Positions 22,590 through 37,057 of a stretch of DNA of 64,000 nucleotides are shown in pieces. Under the pieces are notes generated by a model that saw nothing but the letters and a program-made list of their open reading frames with translations, was not told the DNA's origin and made no database searches. The DNA is from Phoronis australis (Eukaryota; Animalia; Phoronida), in assembly GCA_002633005.1 (NCBI GenBank), contig NMRA01000315.1, positions 34,855-98,854 of the forward strand, written 5' to 3'. Each line of letters opens with the position of its first letter. Within the stretch, counting starts at the first letter, position 1. The translations under genes and the position numbers were made by a program.

Positions 22590-23000
22590 GAGCGATTCCC
22601 GGCTTGTCATTGGATATTGTGCCCGCAAAATACGATGAGGTGCCGGCACAAGCATCAGTCGAAGAATGTTGTCTATTTGTTAATGATGTAAGACACGGGT
22701 TAGTTGGGTGGAATGACCCTTAATGATAGTTGGCCTTAAGGATTGAATGTAGGTTGTTTGTCTTAGAAAGCCATGTGCAAAAATGTTCGTGATGGGCACC
22801 TTGGATGTAGACGACCCATGTCCTTCAGTTCAACTTTAAAGATTTTATAAAGCAGTTCTGCAGCAGTGAAAAAGAGCAATCTGTTAATCCAGTAAATGTG
22901 TTTTCTTGAGGTTGTTTCATGTTTCATTGAAGGTCTTTTGAATGCAGTATAGGTTACGTTGGGACATCCCTTGTTAAATGTGCTGCAATAAACTCACGTT
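22590..23000 (-). mobile_element. Highly decayed Penelope-like reverse transcriptase fragment
   Basis: Frameshifted pieces HEHFCTWLSKTNNLHSILK, TNRQ/TFFD*CLC and NIxxQA resemble PLE RT motifs (FLxxLNxxHPxIKFT; TDxxxYLxxxSxHP; IPxSQxxR). Confidence 0.4.
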
Positions 23001-24638
23001 TAGTCGAATAAGCTAACATTTGATCTAGACCTCTTCCCGCCATGTCATTGGATTCAATTTGTTCCTTACTCAACTGAAAAGTGATTTCCGCTCTCGCACA
23101 TGAGCGAATAAAATGACGTCACCGCAGACGTAGTGTTCTCCACAACCGTGAGAAAATTGAAACTCGACTTAATTTCAAAATTTATGTACATGTGTTCAAA
23201 AGTTAATGTCTATACTGTGCCGGGCGTTTGTACGTTACGTCTTGAAATAAATGCACCGAACTGGTACCAAAAGTCCAAAACGTCCCAATGTGCTTATGAA
23301 TCTCCATATACTTCAAATGCTGAGGTTTTTAAACTCGACGCAAGTGAGCCAAACTCGTCATGGCAAAATTCAAACTCGACTCAGTGACGAGTCAAAACAG
23401 GTCGTACAGAACGCTGCACCATTATCGACAAGTTAACTGATGTATCGCCGGAGTCAGGAGTCCAATAGGCCTAACCGTCGCTAGTCACCTCGCTAGTAAA
23501 GCATGATCTCGCGCTATTCCGCGAGATATCGCCGTGTACTGTCAATGAAAGGACGCGATTTTGGTTAATTTTTCTCGCCGCGATACAGCTTATTGAACTC
23601 TACCCTCTACTCGACCAGAGTAGTATACTGTCAGTTCTTTCCAAGCCAGGAAATCATAATTCATATTATATTTGGACTAATGATGTGAGACCAATTTCAT
23701 AACTGTAAGTGATCTAAATCACATGGTGTTTTGTGATGAAAGCGTTCATAGCTCGCCTCAACTTTGTCCTCAATTAAAAAAGCGACTCGCCAACACTTCT
23801 GTTTTTATTATTTATACTATGATTGGAATTGAGATTGTACAGTATATGCTCATGGGTTTTGTCTTAATATGTTCTGCTGAAGGTGTCCATTTTGACCAGT
23901 CAATCAAGCGCTCAATACACGTTTAATTTTCGAATTGTTTTATTTACTTTGATTTAAGAAAGGTTTAATATAGGCGTAAAGTTCATGAGCAAAATTTAAA
24001 CTTTTACCATGAAATGTGGTCTTGAATTTTTCGGCCTAGTGACTGAGGAATCCTTACAACCCTTCTCAGTTGGTGATTGTTGAGTGAATATGTTGTTGGA
24101 ACGAACAATCGTGGGCATAAGTTGTATTTAAACCTCAATACGGCAATCACTGATTACTACTATTACTGCATAAGGAACCAATGTTCGAAATAAGCTTCAA
24201 ACATTAGGTGAAATGACGACACTTGGTGTGCATGAAACATGAGTCATCACCAGACAGTTTAGGTAAGGTTACCCTCAAATGTTTCCGCTAAGCCATTCCA
24301 ACTAAACTAGTTGCAGATTCACATATGTTGTGAGACATCTGAACAGTGTGATTTAAAGCTAGCACAAGTTGCAACTTTATAATTGCTTGGTCAATTTTGA
24401 TGCTTGAAAAACGAATTCTTAAAATTTTTACACTAAAGATAGCTAAAAACCTTTCAAAACACGAAAATAGGTAGAACCAATGTTTCAGTGCTGTCAGGCA
24501 AATTTAGTTTGTTAAATGAGCACACCAAACCCCGAGAGTATTTCCACGCTCAGCGCCGAAGCCGTCTCCACATTCACAAGAGAAAATTGGGTAGACCTAA
24601 AGCTGATATGTGCACATAATTAAAGAAACCGGCGCGAC

Positions 24639-25118
24639 TATGAAGCGCCAAAGGGTTCTTAAACCAGAACCTTTCTGCGAGTAGAAATGTGCTTAATGAG
24701 CGCGTACCGGTAAGTTCTAAAATGTTCATCGTTTTGCTCTCAACATGCACTTTTGCTTAATGTACGCGTAATTTTACTTAATCAATAATTTTACTTAATC
24801 AACGCGTACGTTTAGTCAGATCAAACAATCCAGTCACACCCATGCTCTCAAATCTCAAAATGGTGGTCACTTGATACGAATCTGCAACATTCTTCAAAAG
24901 TTGCCTTGCACCCATGTAGAACGTCTTCCGCCATTTTGATATTTGATAGCACGGGTGTGATTGGACTATAAGAACTGACTAAATGTACGCGTTGAATGAG
25001 CAATAGTGCGCGTTAAATGAGAGCAGAACGATGATCGCTTAAGAGCTAAAAGTACGCGTTGATTAAGTACATTTCTACCGGCACAGGCTCTGGTTTAAGA
25101 ACCCTTTGGCGCTTCATA
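24639..25118. mobile_element. Long-TIR MITE (foldback)
   Basis: A near-perfect ~29-bp terminal arm TATGAAGCGCCAAAGGGTTCTTAAACCAG, with imperfect pairing continuing ~200 bp inward. Flanks CGCGAC/CGCGGC. Confidence 0.85.
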
Positions 25119-26605
25119 CGCGGCTACGTGCATCGGGTTGATTTTGAAATTCGATGCATTCCCTGTTGGTCCATGATTGACCCAAATTCCAAAAAACAAT
25201 CAAGATACCTAAGAACAGTTTAGAAATCATAATCCAACGCTCACCAGACGACAATTCTCGCAATACTTCAAGTAGTGTTGCCTACGTAGTCAATACTCTG
25301 GCTCAGAATAACTTAAACTTTATATATTTGGAGCATGAACTCATATGACATTATAGAAGTTCATGATTGGAGTAATGATGCAAACCGAGGATGATAACTT
25401 TTCAAAAAGACCACAACATAGAAATGAGACTGTTATATTTCTCTCTAGGTTTATTTTTTTTACAAATTTATCTCAAAATTTCGCCCTTGGTCATTCAAAA
25501 TGCTTCTTCTTTAACTTACTTGCAGCGTCTAATGACCGAAAAGCGTAGACTGGGGCGAACAATTTCAATAAATCGAAACGCAGTTTCGGTAAATAATGCC
25601 ATCTATGTGATGACGTAACTTGTAAAGACCGTCGTTAATTACGACTTTTAGTGAAAGAGGCCCCCAGCTAAAACACTTTTAAGTTATTCTTCATACTTTA
25701 TCGAGTTTGTATGGTGGATTACATTTGTTGTCTTTATTGTTAATGGCATGAGAATTTCGTTGAACAAGTCAACAGTAACTTTCCTCTACCAGACGGTTTA
25801 GAGCTTTCTTATTGCAATGGAACAGTTGGCCACTTTTGATTTCGTGTACTTGGCAACCATTTCAATCAGTGAGATGAATGTCCTGTTCCATTCGAGCAAA
25901 ATATATCAAATACTGATTTTCGAAAAACATACGATTTTGCCTGTTGCATTAAATTATCCGTCGTGCTAGATTAGGCTTAAAAGCTTAATTAAAATTACAA
26001 GCGAAAATCCTCATGCGCAGCGTATTTGTGGCTTTTAAATTGGATATCACCAGTTCAAAGGGAGTTACAAGCCGGTCGGACGCTATCAAACGCGCGTGCA
26101 TCGACTCGTTAGAATGAACGCAAGCAACGAGAAGTCAACCTTCAGTTACAGGAGATCCAAAAACTCCTGACCTCACGACGGCAGTATTGAGGAGGTCTTA
26201 CTGAATAATCTCCGTGCCACTCAGTAATTAAAATCCAACTCATCAGGAACGCGAAATTACATGACCTTGCGATGAAACTCATACTGCTTGCCCGGGTCAT
26301 ACGGAGAATCATTGCAACTAACATATTATCCATGATGCCTTGGTTCAACGGGGATGCTGCGATGGAACTTATTCATCTTAGGACCAAACGGCAAGTGACG
26401 TATACGAAACTGATGGCATATTGCGAATTGACTTGTTGAATTGTTGAAAGCAACTAACTGAAATGTTTACATCTGTCACCGACTTATCATTATGTGGACT
26501 ACGGGAAAGCATGTGAGTGCAAAATTTCGAGTTCTAGATATCAAAGACAAAATTATGTTTTCTTCATAAGGCATTGTCTGAGCACGTGTTTGTTGTTAGT
26601 TTGTG

Positions 26606-26765
26606 ACACCATCACAACCACCACTGTCACCACCGTTACATCATCACTACCGTGTCACCACTTCTACTGCCATGACCACCACCACCACTCCCCCCATCAC
26701 CACCATCATTTCCAACACCACCGGCACCACCAACCTCACCACTANCACCACCACTACCATAACCC
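26606..26765 (+). repeat. Degenerate (CAC/CAT)n microsatellite
   Basis: Trinucleotide low-complexity run. Confidence 0.9.
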
Positions 26766-27886
26766 ACAACTAACATTTGCACTATTTATCGACTGGCATA
26801 TTTTCAAGTAATCAAAGTTCTTGATTAGGCCTAGCCCTGGTCCCGTCCAGCTCCCCAATCAAAGTTCACCATGCCCATGATACGAGGCACGATGTATATC
26901 GCGAAATCTCATATCTGAGAAGTGAATTCCCTCAGCACAGGATGGGAAATTACTTGTCTGTCTTTTTGAGCACATTAGCTGACTAGGCAAGCAGTCGTCA
27001 GACGAAACGAAATTGTTTTAGTGAAAATGAATAATTAACAGATACTTTGAAGACACATTTGCAAAACAAGTGTATGACCTCTGTGTTTTGTTTCAAGACA
27101 CATGTTAGATGGTTTAAAGCTACTTGAGAAAATCGATTGATAAAGCTTTTTTAAAACCGCATGTCATGGTCACTTTAGTTTGATATCTCACCAAACTGTT
27201 GGAAGTGCTCTGGCGACCGCAAAGTTTAAAATATAAAGTTGTTTTAAAATATTTTCTACCAAGTTTGTGTTTTACGGAATAAGGTATATGCATACTGTGA
27301 AACTCTTGGTTAAAACCAGGGGAAAACCTCTAAATTGAAACTCCAAGATTACTCGTATTGAATTTAACACAAAGTACTTAACGAAAGTATTGAAAGGAGT
27401 CAAACATGCAAATGGCACCCACTTAGAAACCCTCATTTGCAGCAGTGGACCGCCACACCTTTAGTGACGCTTAGGCGCACATGGCTATATGAAAAACACA
27501 CAAGTAAAGGTTTTCATTAAAAACATTCGAATGAAAGCGCAGGGATACATATGTGCATATACCTATATGATCGGCAGACGCTACCAGATGTCGCAGAAGC
27601 CTGAAAAAAGCGGAAGTGGCCAACGAAGTGAGAGAAAACTGTCCAATACTCGGTCCCGCATCATATCGCCTATCAGTTTCATCGGCCTGTGCGTTTCTTT
27701 CAGTTAGACTACTTGTTTTTTCACCTTTTGCACTTAGAACTCGCCAGATTATCTCCAAGAGGGATATTTGTTGACAAAAAAGACATGACATCATCTTGTA
27801 ATATCGGACCTCAAAAATAATGTCAAGCGATCATTTCAACTGCGAACTCGGATGATTTCCACGACATATTGTTTGGCAGGTATAGG

Positions 27887-28300
27887 TTAAAGTGGAACTT
27901 GCACGCTAATTCCTTATCTCTGTGATTGCTTGGTCACATTAGTTTGAACCACAACATATAGGATTAGCGACGATGCGAATATGAAGTACGTTGAATACTG
28001 CCAAATGTTTTTAAGAACATGTTTTCTGTCGAAATGATCCGCCGTAAATTACTCAACAGTGTCCAGTAAGTACAGTTTATCGTGACTGACGTGGTCGGTT
28101 GGGGAACAACACTGCATGATGCAGGCTATGTGAGCCCCCAAGGTACGTCATAAGTGCAACGGTCACCTTGTAGACTTTTTTGCTTTCACATTTACAAGTT
28201 GTCAGTAAGTGCAACTGCATTTTATTTAGCGTAGATGATGTTCAAACAGCATTGTCGTTTAGTTCCTGTTATAGTTAGGAACATGCGAATACATCTTTAA
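27887..28300 (+). mobile_element. Dispersed ~410-bp repeat, TTAA-flanked (Kolobok-like MITE), copy 1
   Basis: TTAAAGTGGAACTTGCAC...TACATCTTTAA; similar to 47167-47567 (+) and 51551-51962 (-). Confidence 0.75.
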
Positions 28301-28615
28301 GCCAACTCATGGACGAGACTGTCTCGCCACCTGGTGTCTCAAAGCAAAATTAAACTCGACATGACATCCGTCAAAAGAACTTAATTAAGCTTTGACTTAC
28401 GTCATTTCCCGTTATAAAGTCGTCCACATCTTGTTCTTCACTCAGCCTAGAAGTGATCTTTGGACTCGGGAGGAACTGACAGTTCGCTATTTTTCCAAAC
28501 CAATTTCAAAAAAATTCAGGTCACGCCCGTTGGCCAGAACTGACTTGGTGTGACGAGATAACAAATTGTGAGTGAAGCCTCTATTTCACTACGCAACAAC
28601 AACATAACGCTAAAT

Positions 28616-28772
28616 CATGGGCGGCGCACCATACGGGGCTGAGGGGGGGGGGGGGNGGGGGCTATAGCCCACCTACTTTTTTCAGTCGTTGCGCCTGTGG
28701 TCTATGGGTGGTGCACCACAGGGGGACTAGGGGCTATAGCTCCCCACTTTTTTCAGTGCTGCGCCGCCAATG
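28616..28772. mobile_element. Tiny DNA transposon with a 5-bp TSD
   Basis: TIR CATGGGCGGCGCA/TGCGCCGCCAATG; TAAAT duplicated; internal duplication of GGGCTATAGC..CTTTTTTCAGT. Confidence 0.8.
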
Positions 28773-31700
28773 TAAATGGGTTAAATCAATTCTTGGTTCT
28801 TTTGACATTTTGACAGACGTTAGTACCACCTTAAACGTCGTTCCCGCGACTTAATTCTAAACACGCATCATCTAATACTTATCTCACGCTGTTTATTTAT
28901 GAAATAGATCCTTTCATAGGGGTAATTCATTCCGCATATTTGATAAAAAATCTACATTTAAGACAGCATTGCGGACCTAGCAATGAAATTTTTGGTCCAC
29001 TCCAGGAGCCCAATGTGGTGACGCCATCTGCAGCGTCACGACACCTACAAATTTCTTGGAAAACTAATTTATCGATGAGATCCCGCCAAAAGGGCAACCA
29101 TTTTTTAAGACAGTGATTGGAGTCCATCTGCACACTCCACACAATCTAAATGTGTAACGTTAATCAAGTGAGAGACAAAGGATAAGCCGGATCTTGATTG
29201 AGGGGCTCATCTGATCCAATAAATCTGACAGGATCAATGCATTAAGGTTTATTAATTATGTTGCAAATCCTTTGATACACATTTGTTATTGGTTAATGAA
29301 AGCAAACCCTTGACACGGAACTCGTTAGCTAAGACTATTATACAAGTAGTTATAATACTGTATTGACTTAGTTTAATTAATGGTGGCCAGCTTTTCACCA
29401 CTATAGTGTGATGCTTATTTCCTTATGCTCTTTTATGGGATGTGGAAGAAAAACTTGACGTGGCTTATTCTAAATCGCCGTACCTTCGTAACCAGTAAAT
29501 GTATCGAAATGGTAAGGACATCGTCATGTATTGTATAGGATAGAATTTTGTTTTTGATATTCATTCAGTGTAGCAATGTTACCTGAGTGTTATGTAGGAA
29601 TTGTGTAACTGAGAGTTAAAAGCATTAACGCAAATACAGATTTTGAAATAGATATATCTTTTATAAGATCTCGATGGTGTTTAGCTGCCGTGGTAAGATG
29701 TACGGAATTTGTCTAGTACGATTCCGCTTTGATCACTGTTCCATTTAGATATTGCCTTGTTCAACATTAGCGTAGCTGTGCCCAGAAACGAGAGAGTTTA
29801 ACAACACTTCGGACTTTAATTTTCAATTATTAGACAAAGCATATTTTGAAACATTCGAATATTTATAATCTATACCTCCGTTGACTAAAGATAAGAAATC
29901 CGCGATTGAAAACGCAAACGGCGGAGGATGGAATGTAGTGAACTGTAGTTAAAAAGGTGAATCTCGGCGATGGAAAAATACTGTAGTATTAGGAGCATGA
30001 GGCAGTAATGTGTTTAATCACTTGGTCACATGAATTTCAGCTATTCAAGACCAGCGGAGCTAATTAATATGCCCATCCTGCGCCACGGAGCAGTTATGTC
30101 CGCGGCCAGGCGGCCGGACTTCGGTAGTAAACTTATAAATATACTTCAGGTGAATGAAAATTCTTGCTTTTAATTTAAACTCATAAATACTGGTGTTATA
30201 TTATGTGGAAACATACCAAGGTTTCTTTATTACGTATTTTCGCCACGAGTTGGTATTCTATAAGAAAAAGGCCGTCGCTCATTGTTGGCCTTCGGCCGCC
30301 TAAGAAAGTCGCCGTGGAAACCACCGGAATCTTATTTGTCCCTGTCTAAATTTTGTTAAATATTTTTGCAAGTTGTTATTCTTACTGTATAGCAGTCTGC
30401 TCGTTGTTATGTTTATACTTTTTACATTAGATAATTACTCCCTGTAAAGCACGCTTAGCCCAGTCGAATAGACGGCCTTGTTATTCAATCGGCGTTCCTT
30501 TAGGTAAAAGACTTCTAACTTGCTTTCAGTGGTACACTTATCTGTTCAAAACCAGGCCAAAACTAACAACGTTTGATTTTCAAATTGATTTTATTTTTTG
30601 GACTTTAATACAGTTCAATAAGTAATGTTTTCGTCAATGTAAAAGTTTGCCGAGTACAGTAAAAAATTTTTCCCTTTCTGGCTACCTTAAATAGGCATGG
30701 AAAACGAGAAAAAGACTAGAAATTGCAATATTGAAAGTGACTCTCTGCCACTGAAACAGAAATCAACCCCCTCTTCTGGTATTTTTAGGGTTTGTTCGTA
30801 AAGATTTTTAATATCTGTTGATATAAAGGCATTTTCTTTTACTTCAAATTTCAAAAAACGATCTGTCAACTGGTCATCACTTCGTCGATTTCTCTTAAAA
30901 AAGGCAAGGGCACGTCTCCTTATTTGGATTGGCAAGACATAGGCGTACATGTAGGACATTTCCCTTACATGTATATGGGAAATGTGACCTATGTCTTCAA
31001 GCGACTTAGCACAACTGACTGTGAGCGCGTGCGCGTATTTATCATAAGTGGGAGAGAGATTAGAAACTCTAGGGTGACTACACAGTTTTTCCTTAGCGAT
31101 TATTTAAAAAATTGTGAATTTTGTGATATTTTCTGGAAATTTCATCACACAGGAAAGTGAATTACTGTATACATGTACTAGACGTTGCGAGATGGTAATT
31201 TCGTCAGCAAATGTTTAAAAGATATTTTTGGCGAGCTTTTGCGTTCCATGCCTCTTTAAAGAATCTTACTTCTGACTTAGCGGCAAATCCAAAATGGCGA
31301 AGTATCATTCGGCTCCAGTTCGTGACAAGCGAAGATTTTTATCCTTTTTTGCCTACGATTTCCGTTAGAATTTACCTGTATGTACAGATCACTTTGTTAT
31401 AACATGTTCTAACCATCTAATAAGGGTTAAAAGCGTGTGCTAAAGATCTCTAATAAGAGACGATTCGATAAGCAGGCCTCAGGTGTCTCTGTTCAGCAAG
31501 GCAAAATTAGGAAGTAGTCATGTGGTCATTCATACTCGAAACAACTTCAAGCAAAACCACGAGTCTTTGAACATCTGTAGCGACGTGTCAAACAGAATAA
31601 CACAAGTACGTCAAGAACTACAAGCGAATATGTTGCACTACACCTTTTAATGAACCATACACTGTACACAGCAAGCGCTTTCGCATCTTTTTAATACAAT

Positions 31701-32896
31701 GGCCAACTTATTGTAATTAACAGAATTATAGGGAACTACTGTCCGAGTAGAGTTCATTGGCTTGCTTCTACGGCTCCTCTGCCACCGCCGCAAACACTAT
31801 AGTCTGGAATTTCAGTGACAACCCTCAGTGTTTATCACTCTGCGAAACGAAGTCTGCGACTATGTAGTTAAGTTTTTACTTGACAGAATCCAAGTATTTT
31901 GTTTTATCATAGTTTTTTTGTTGTTCCTTAGTTTGTAAAAGGTCACATGTCGACACGAAAGTATTATTTTTGTTGTCGTTATATTATTAAAAATTGATTT
32001 ATTTAATGAATTCATTGTTGTCTATTGCTTTTATTTATTATCATTCATTTATTTGTTTATCCATTATTATTTAAAATATTTACTATGGTCTTAAAGAGTC
32101 AACATCCTGGCTGTCGTCCTTCGTTAGTCTAATAATATTGCATGGTACGTAGTAATGAACATCCCTAGAACCATATTGATTAAGGTACATGTACAGTAGG
32201 GGGCGCACTACGTTGCTCTTCTTTACAAATCATCGACTTACTACTGTAGCAAGATTTTTCTTGTCTGTCGATTATTGTTGAAGCGGCTTGGTAGATTCTG
32301 TTGAAACTTCACACAGGTGATAAAATGACTTTTACCTGTTTTTGAGAGCTGGAGGGCAACAGAAAAAATGCCCCAGACGGACTGTGTATTCAATAGGCAA
32401 GTGGAATCGGCTGTTTTGGGGGGTGCATACGATATACGCTTACTGGACTGCTGGTAGGAATTCCACCCACACCGATTTCCAACCCCCTTCCCCGTCGGGG
32501 TCGTCCCAAATTTCGCTGGCCGGCCGCCACCCCAGTCGCTATCCATTTCAAATCTCACCAGACACCCCTTCTCGAACGTAGGATGTCAAAAATTTGTTCA
32601 GGGCAATACATAATTTAAAAATGATGGAAACATCATGCGATCACGTGTGACGTCCACTATTCAGAGTTGGTGTGCCCTCACTCCTCCTTAAATTTGGTAT
32701 GTAGATAGACCTCATCAGTGGATATCTTGAGTATTGCACTGCTCTTTAATTGATTTATTTCTCTGTTTCTCATGATATTTAGATTATTCTATTTGTTTCC
32801 CGCCACGGACTGCCGTTAGCTGGACATTACAAATTTATTGACCAAATGACTTGTATTGACCAACAATTCGCAGCACTTTTTGATCTCTTATACAAC

Positions 32897-33305
32897 GGAA
32901 TCATACGCACGAGCATCGCATCTTACGCACGCACCATCTACAAGCCTATGAATCATACATACGAACCCATTTATCATGCATGCGAACCCGAAAATCACGC
33001 ATACGAACAAAAATCATGCGCACGAAGCACAAAAATCACACATATATGTAAGAAGTCTTAGGCACGAGCACCCGAATCTTACACGCGAACCACCAAGCGA
33101 TTAAGTGTTTGTGCGTGTGATTCGATACTCGTGTGTATGATTTTGTGTTAGTATGTACATGTATGATTTTTCTGGTTCGTGCACATGATTTGTTTGTTAG
33201 TATGCGGGATTTTGTGTTCGTATGCATGATTCATGGGTTCGTATGTATGATTAGTAGGTTGGTAGGTGGTTCGTGCGTAAGATTCCATGATCGCGCGTGT
33301 GATTC
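32897..33305. mobile_element. Foldback element built from ~21-bp subrepeats
   Basis: Left-arm AATCATRCRYACGAACC units are mirrored by right-arm GGTTCGTRYGYATGATT units. Confidence 0.75.
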
Positions 33306-35378
33306 TATGGTACCCCTGTCATGCTCGTGCTACAAAAAGCATTTTTGTCTGATTTTACTGACATTGGGCACCTCTTAAAAAACTGGAGATACTTTTGGCG
33401 CTCTAATGGCAGTTTGTCGGATAATCACTTGATGGCTATCTGAGTGTGTCATCGGTTTCTCGCAACAGCTTATGATTGTCGAGTTATTTTAGATTTTCTG
33501 ACTGCTATTTTATTGGCTGATTCCGTAATGCCCTTTTATTGCTATTTTTACAACGGTACGTTGGTATCATGAGCGTCGTGGGCGTCGTTTTTTGTTCTTG
33601 GTTTCGAGGTTGACATCATTTTTAAATTTTCCAATCGATTTCGCCAAGTGTCGCTCCTCTAATTTTCTTAAGCCGTGAATACCGAAAATGATGATGCGTA
33701 GTATTGTTTTCGACTTGAACTGGTCACATGTGTTTTTGTGTGAATAACTGCGCTTGCCAGTGCTTACCATTTCCGGTTAATTTGCTGAGTAAATATATCG
33801 AACGTATTCGAGTATTGCACGTAGGAAATTAAATCGAAACATTGTACAGCAAAGAAATTAGATCTAAAAATTTAACCTATATTTCAGATGTAATGTTTCT
33901 GTAAAATTTCTTACAACCTGCCTGTCTTCTGCGCGAAAGCATAGCAATTTATAGACCTAACTTTATGTATGGCAACGCCCATAACAGCTACTACCTAATT
34001 GCCAGAAAGAACAACGAACAGTCGTTACAAAATCTGTACAGTTGAATTTCCACGTCAGTCAAGTAGATCGACGTCTGCTACTTACCCACGACACTCAACA
34101 GTTCCTTGATATTTTCCACAACTAGTGTTTTGTTCACGAAACTAACTAAATTGGTTTACATTTAGTAAGATGAATGTTTTACATTCAGTTCAACTGTGCA
34201 ACCGTGTTTGTACATGTATACATTGACTGATATTTTTTACAAACTTTACTTACGTCATGTTAAAACTGCTAAGGCCTGAACATTCCATTTACAACTTGTT
34301 CTTGGACTAAAAACCAGCCTCAGTTGTGACCGAGAACGCGTACTCTCAAACTGGAAATTGTGCTCGTTCAGTGTTGCTGTACACGTAAATCTTAAATTAA
34401 TTGCGGATATACGTGTAAATATCTCTCTGAAAAGTTAGAGAATCGATGTTAGGCTGTCAATATTTCGTTATTTTATCTTACTAATAAAGGATACGTATGG
34501 ATGTATTCTCCATTGTTAACAAGATTGCCAAAAATAATGAAATACTGTAAGTTATTCGAATTGGTTGAAACCAAGTTGAGTTTTCACTGTTGCAAATGGC
34601 AATTTGATATGGTTGAGACCAAAGACAAAGCGTGTTAGGCTAACAGTGCTAAAGAAAGTTCTATTGATTTCATGATTTTGGGTTTAGTGAAGTTTGTCAG
34701 GGCGATTGAGTAGAGAGTGAATTTATATTCATTTTTAAGCAAAGATTGGCAGAAGTGGGAGGAAAGATTGAGTACCTACAGTAAGTTTGATACTTCTCAT
34801 AGTTTTTATTCTCACATGTGTGTTGAAAATTACCTTCAGTGCAAAAGAGTTTATAATAGAGCTCAGCTCAAGTTACATTGTTCTGCGCATCCGCTGGTGG
34901 ATGAAGTCGCTAAATAATCAGGTTACCCTGGGCATGAGAGGCTCTGCCTTGCTTGTGTTCAGTCTAACATAGGGTCTGAGTTTCAGTTTTGCTTGCAATG
35001 TCCTGTTACAGTAATCTAGGAGATAAATATTTTCATTAAAGATATGCTACAACAAGTGCAGCCAAATTTCTAAACATGATGCGAATGGAAAACCAAACAG
35101 AAGTGTAGATTACCTGTAACTTTATTTTTTGTGCATGAAAACGAGACGTACGTTGACAATGTTCAATTTCCACATAGGTTTACTCTCGCGCGTGCTTCCT
35201 TACTTTCACTTTGTATCGTATTATAACGATGGCCAGGGGCCTAGTTCACGGAAATAGACTATAAGGATACACATAAACAAACACAAATAGATATGCACAT
35301 ATTTATAGTTTATTTCCATATTTCCATAAACCAGGCCCCCGGCCATTGTTACAATACGTTACAAAGTAAAAGTAAAGT

Positions 35379-35520
35379 ATACATACATACATACATACAT
35401 ACATACATACATAAATACATACATACATACATACGCACATACATATATACATACACGCAGACAAACATACATATATACATACATACATACGTACAGACAT
35501 AAACACACATACACATACAT
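35379..35520 (+). repeat. (TACA)n microsatellite
   Basis: Direct tetranucleotide run. Confidence 0.95.
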
Positions 35521-36897
35521 GTATGTGTAGATATAGATTTAGATAAAGGTAGACAGACGGACAGTTAAAAAACTAATGGTGAAATTTAATTCCAAAGGGT
35601 TAGCAAGTAAAGACTGCTGATAAATGCCCAATGTTTCAAATTTTGCTTTCCTGTTATTAGCTCTGTTTACAGTGACAAATCTTGGATACCACAATTGGAC
35701 AACTGCAATTTTCAAAGTAAAAACGTCTACGTAAGCCCTAAAACGGCGTACTAACTACATGTTCTTGTTTTTGACGTCTTGGTCATGTCTGTAAGGGGAG
35801 AGCCCTCTGGGCCCTATCAATCTATATGTGATTTGACAGCATGTTTGTTAACATTGAAAGATTCAGGGCGAAGAATGGGCATAAATAACTATTCCGATGA
35901 TATGTAGCTATGTACAGTTTAATGAAAAACATCGGAAATATTGAAAACTTGATTTTCGATGGTTTTGAGAAGCCTCTCATCAGGAAAAATCGACCTGGCA
36001 ACTTTTACTTTCACAGCTTGTTATCTTTAATAGGTTCTTAATTAAAATAAGAAAGCGTGTTGTGATGACAAGTGTTATGGTTTGAAAAAGAAATAAAAAA
36101 ATTCTCACGTTACGCATCGCTATACGATTAGATAAAGACAACACTGGCAGCCGAACGTCGATTTCTGAACCTTTTTGAGAGCTTTAAATGCGGTGCTTTT
36201 CCTGTGATGTTGATACACGCTAATGAAAACGAGATGCATTGAACTAAATTAAGTCACACAAACTGAAACAACCTGAAATTTCGTTAAACATCTTCTTCAG
36301 TTCCCCTGGCCAGTCTCCGGCTCCCAGTGGCCATACGTTGACCAGTCCTTGACGCTGTCATGAAACGACGCAAGGATTGTGTCCGAGTTCAGTGCTGGTC
36401 ATAATTAACTTTTTAGACTTCAAGCGAGCAAGCTTGAATGTCTATCTCAATGTACACGAATACGTCGTTTTAATTGCGGTTTTTAACACTGGTCCCGGCG
36501 GATTAACCTTAATCAATCCGGTTAACGACCCGTGTTTACAATCAGTGAGCTTCGTACGTGCACTTTTTCGTCGAATTTGAGACGGTATACTGTGCTTGCA
36601 ATCACGTTACTTGATTAATTATTGGACACGTGAGGTTTGACGTGCAAGTATATATATATAATGATGTAGACTTCTCCGGGTAATAATAACTCTACCAACG
36701 ACGGATGACAACATGCGAGGTTAATTTTAGTTATATTTGTTAATCGTTCGAATGCACGTCAAATCATTTGATTGCAGCCGCGTTAAGTGTCAGTGAACTT
36801 TAACCTCTGACTAAAATGCTAATATTCGGATAGCTAACGAGTGGATATTGTTAAAAATTGGTAAGTATTAAAATTCTTTCCACTTCTGATATCTTAA

Positions 36898-37057
36898 TAT
36901 AGGCGGATCCGGGAGTGGTGTCAAGGGGGTCCGGACCCCCTTTTTTTCTTTGACTTTTGTGATATCAAATCTAAAATTTTCAAATTGTTGTTTTGGACTC
37001 CGCTTTTGAAAAAACCTATATCCGACACCCCTTTTAAAAACCTTGGACCCGCTCCGG
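36898..37057. mobile_element. Tiny DNA transposon with a 5-bp TSD
   Basis: Ends TATAGGCGGATCC / GGACCCGCTCCGG; CTTAA duplicated on both flanks. Confidence 0.7.

Noticed and set aside
26494-26811. His-rich 105-aa ORF
   Set aside because: Translation of a (CAC)n microsatellite.
32685-32720. CTGATGA motif on the minus strand as a hammerhead
   Set aside because: No GAAA and no stem I/III pairing. The isolated CTGATGA motifs near 9483, 43876 and 63152 fail in the same way.
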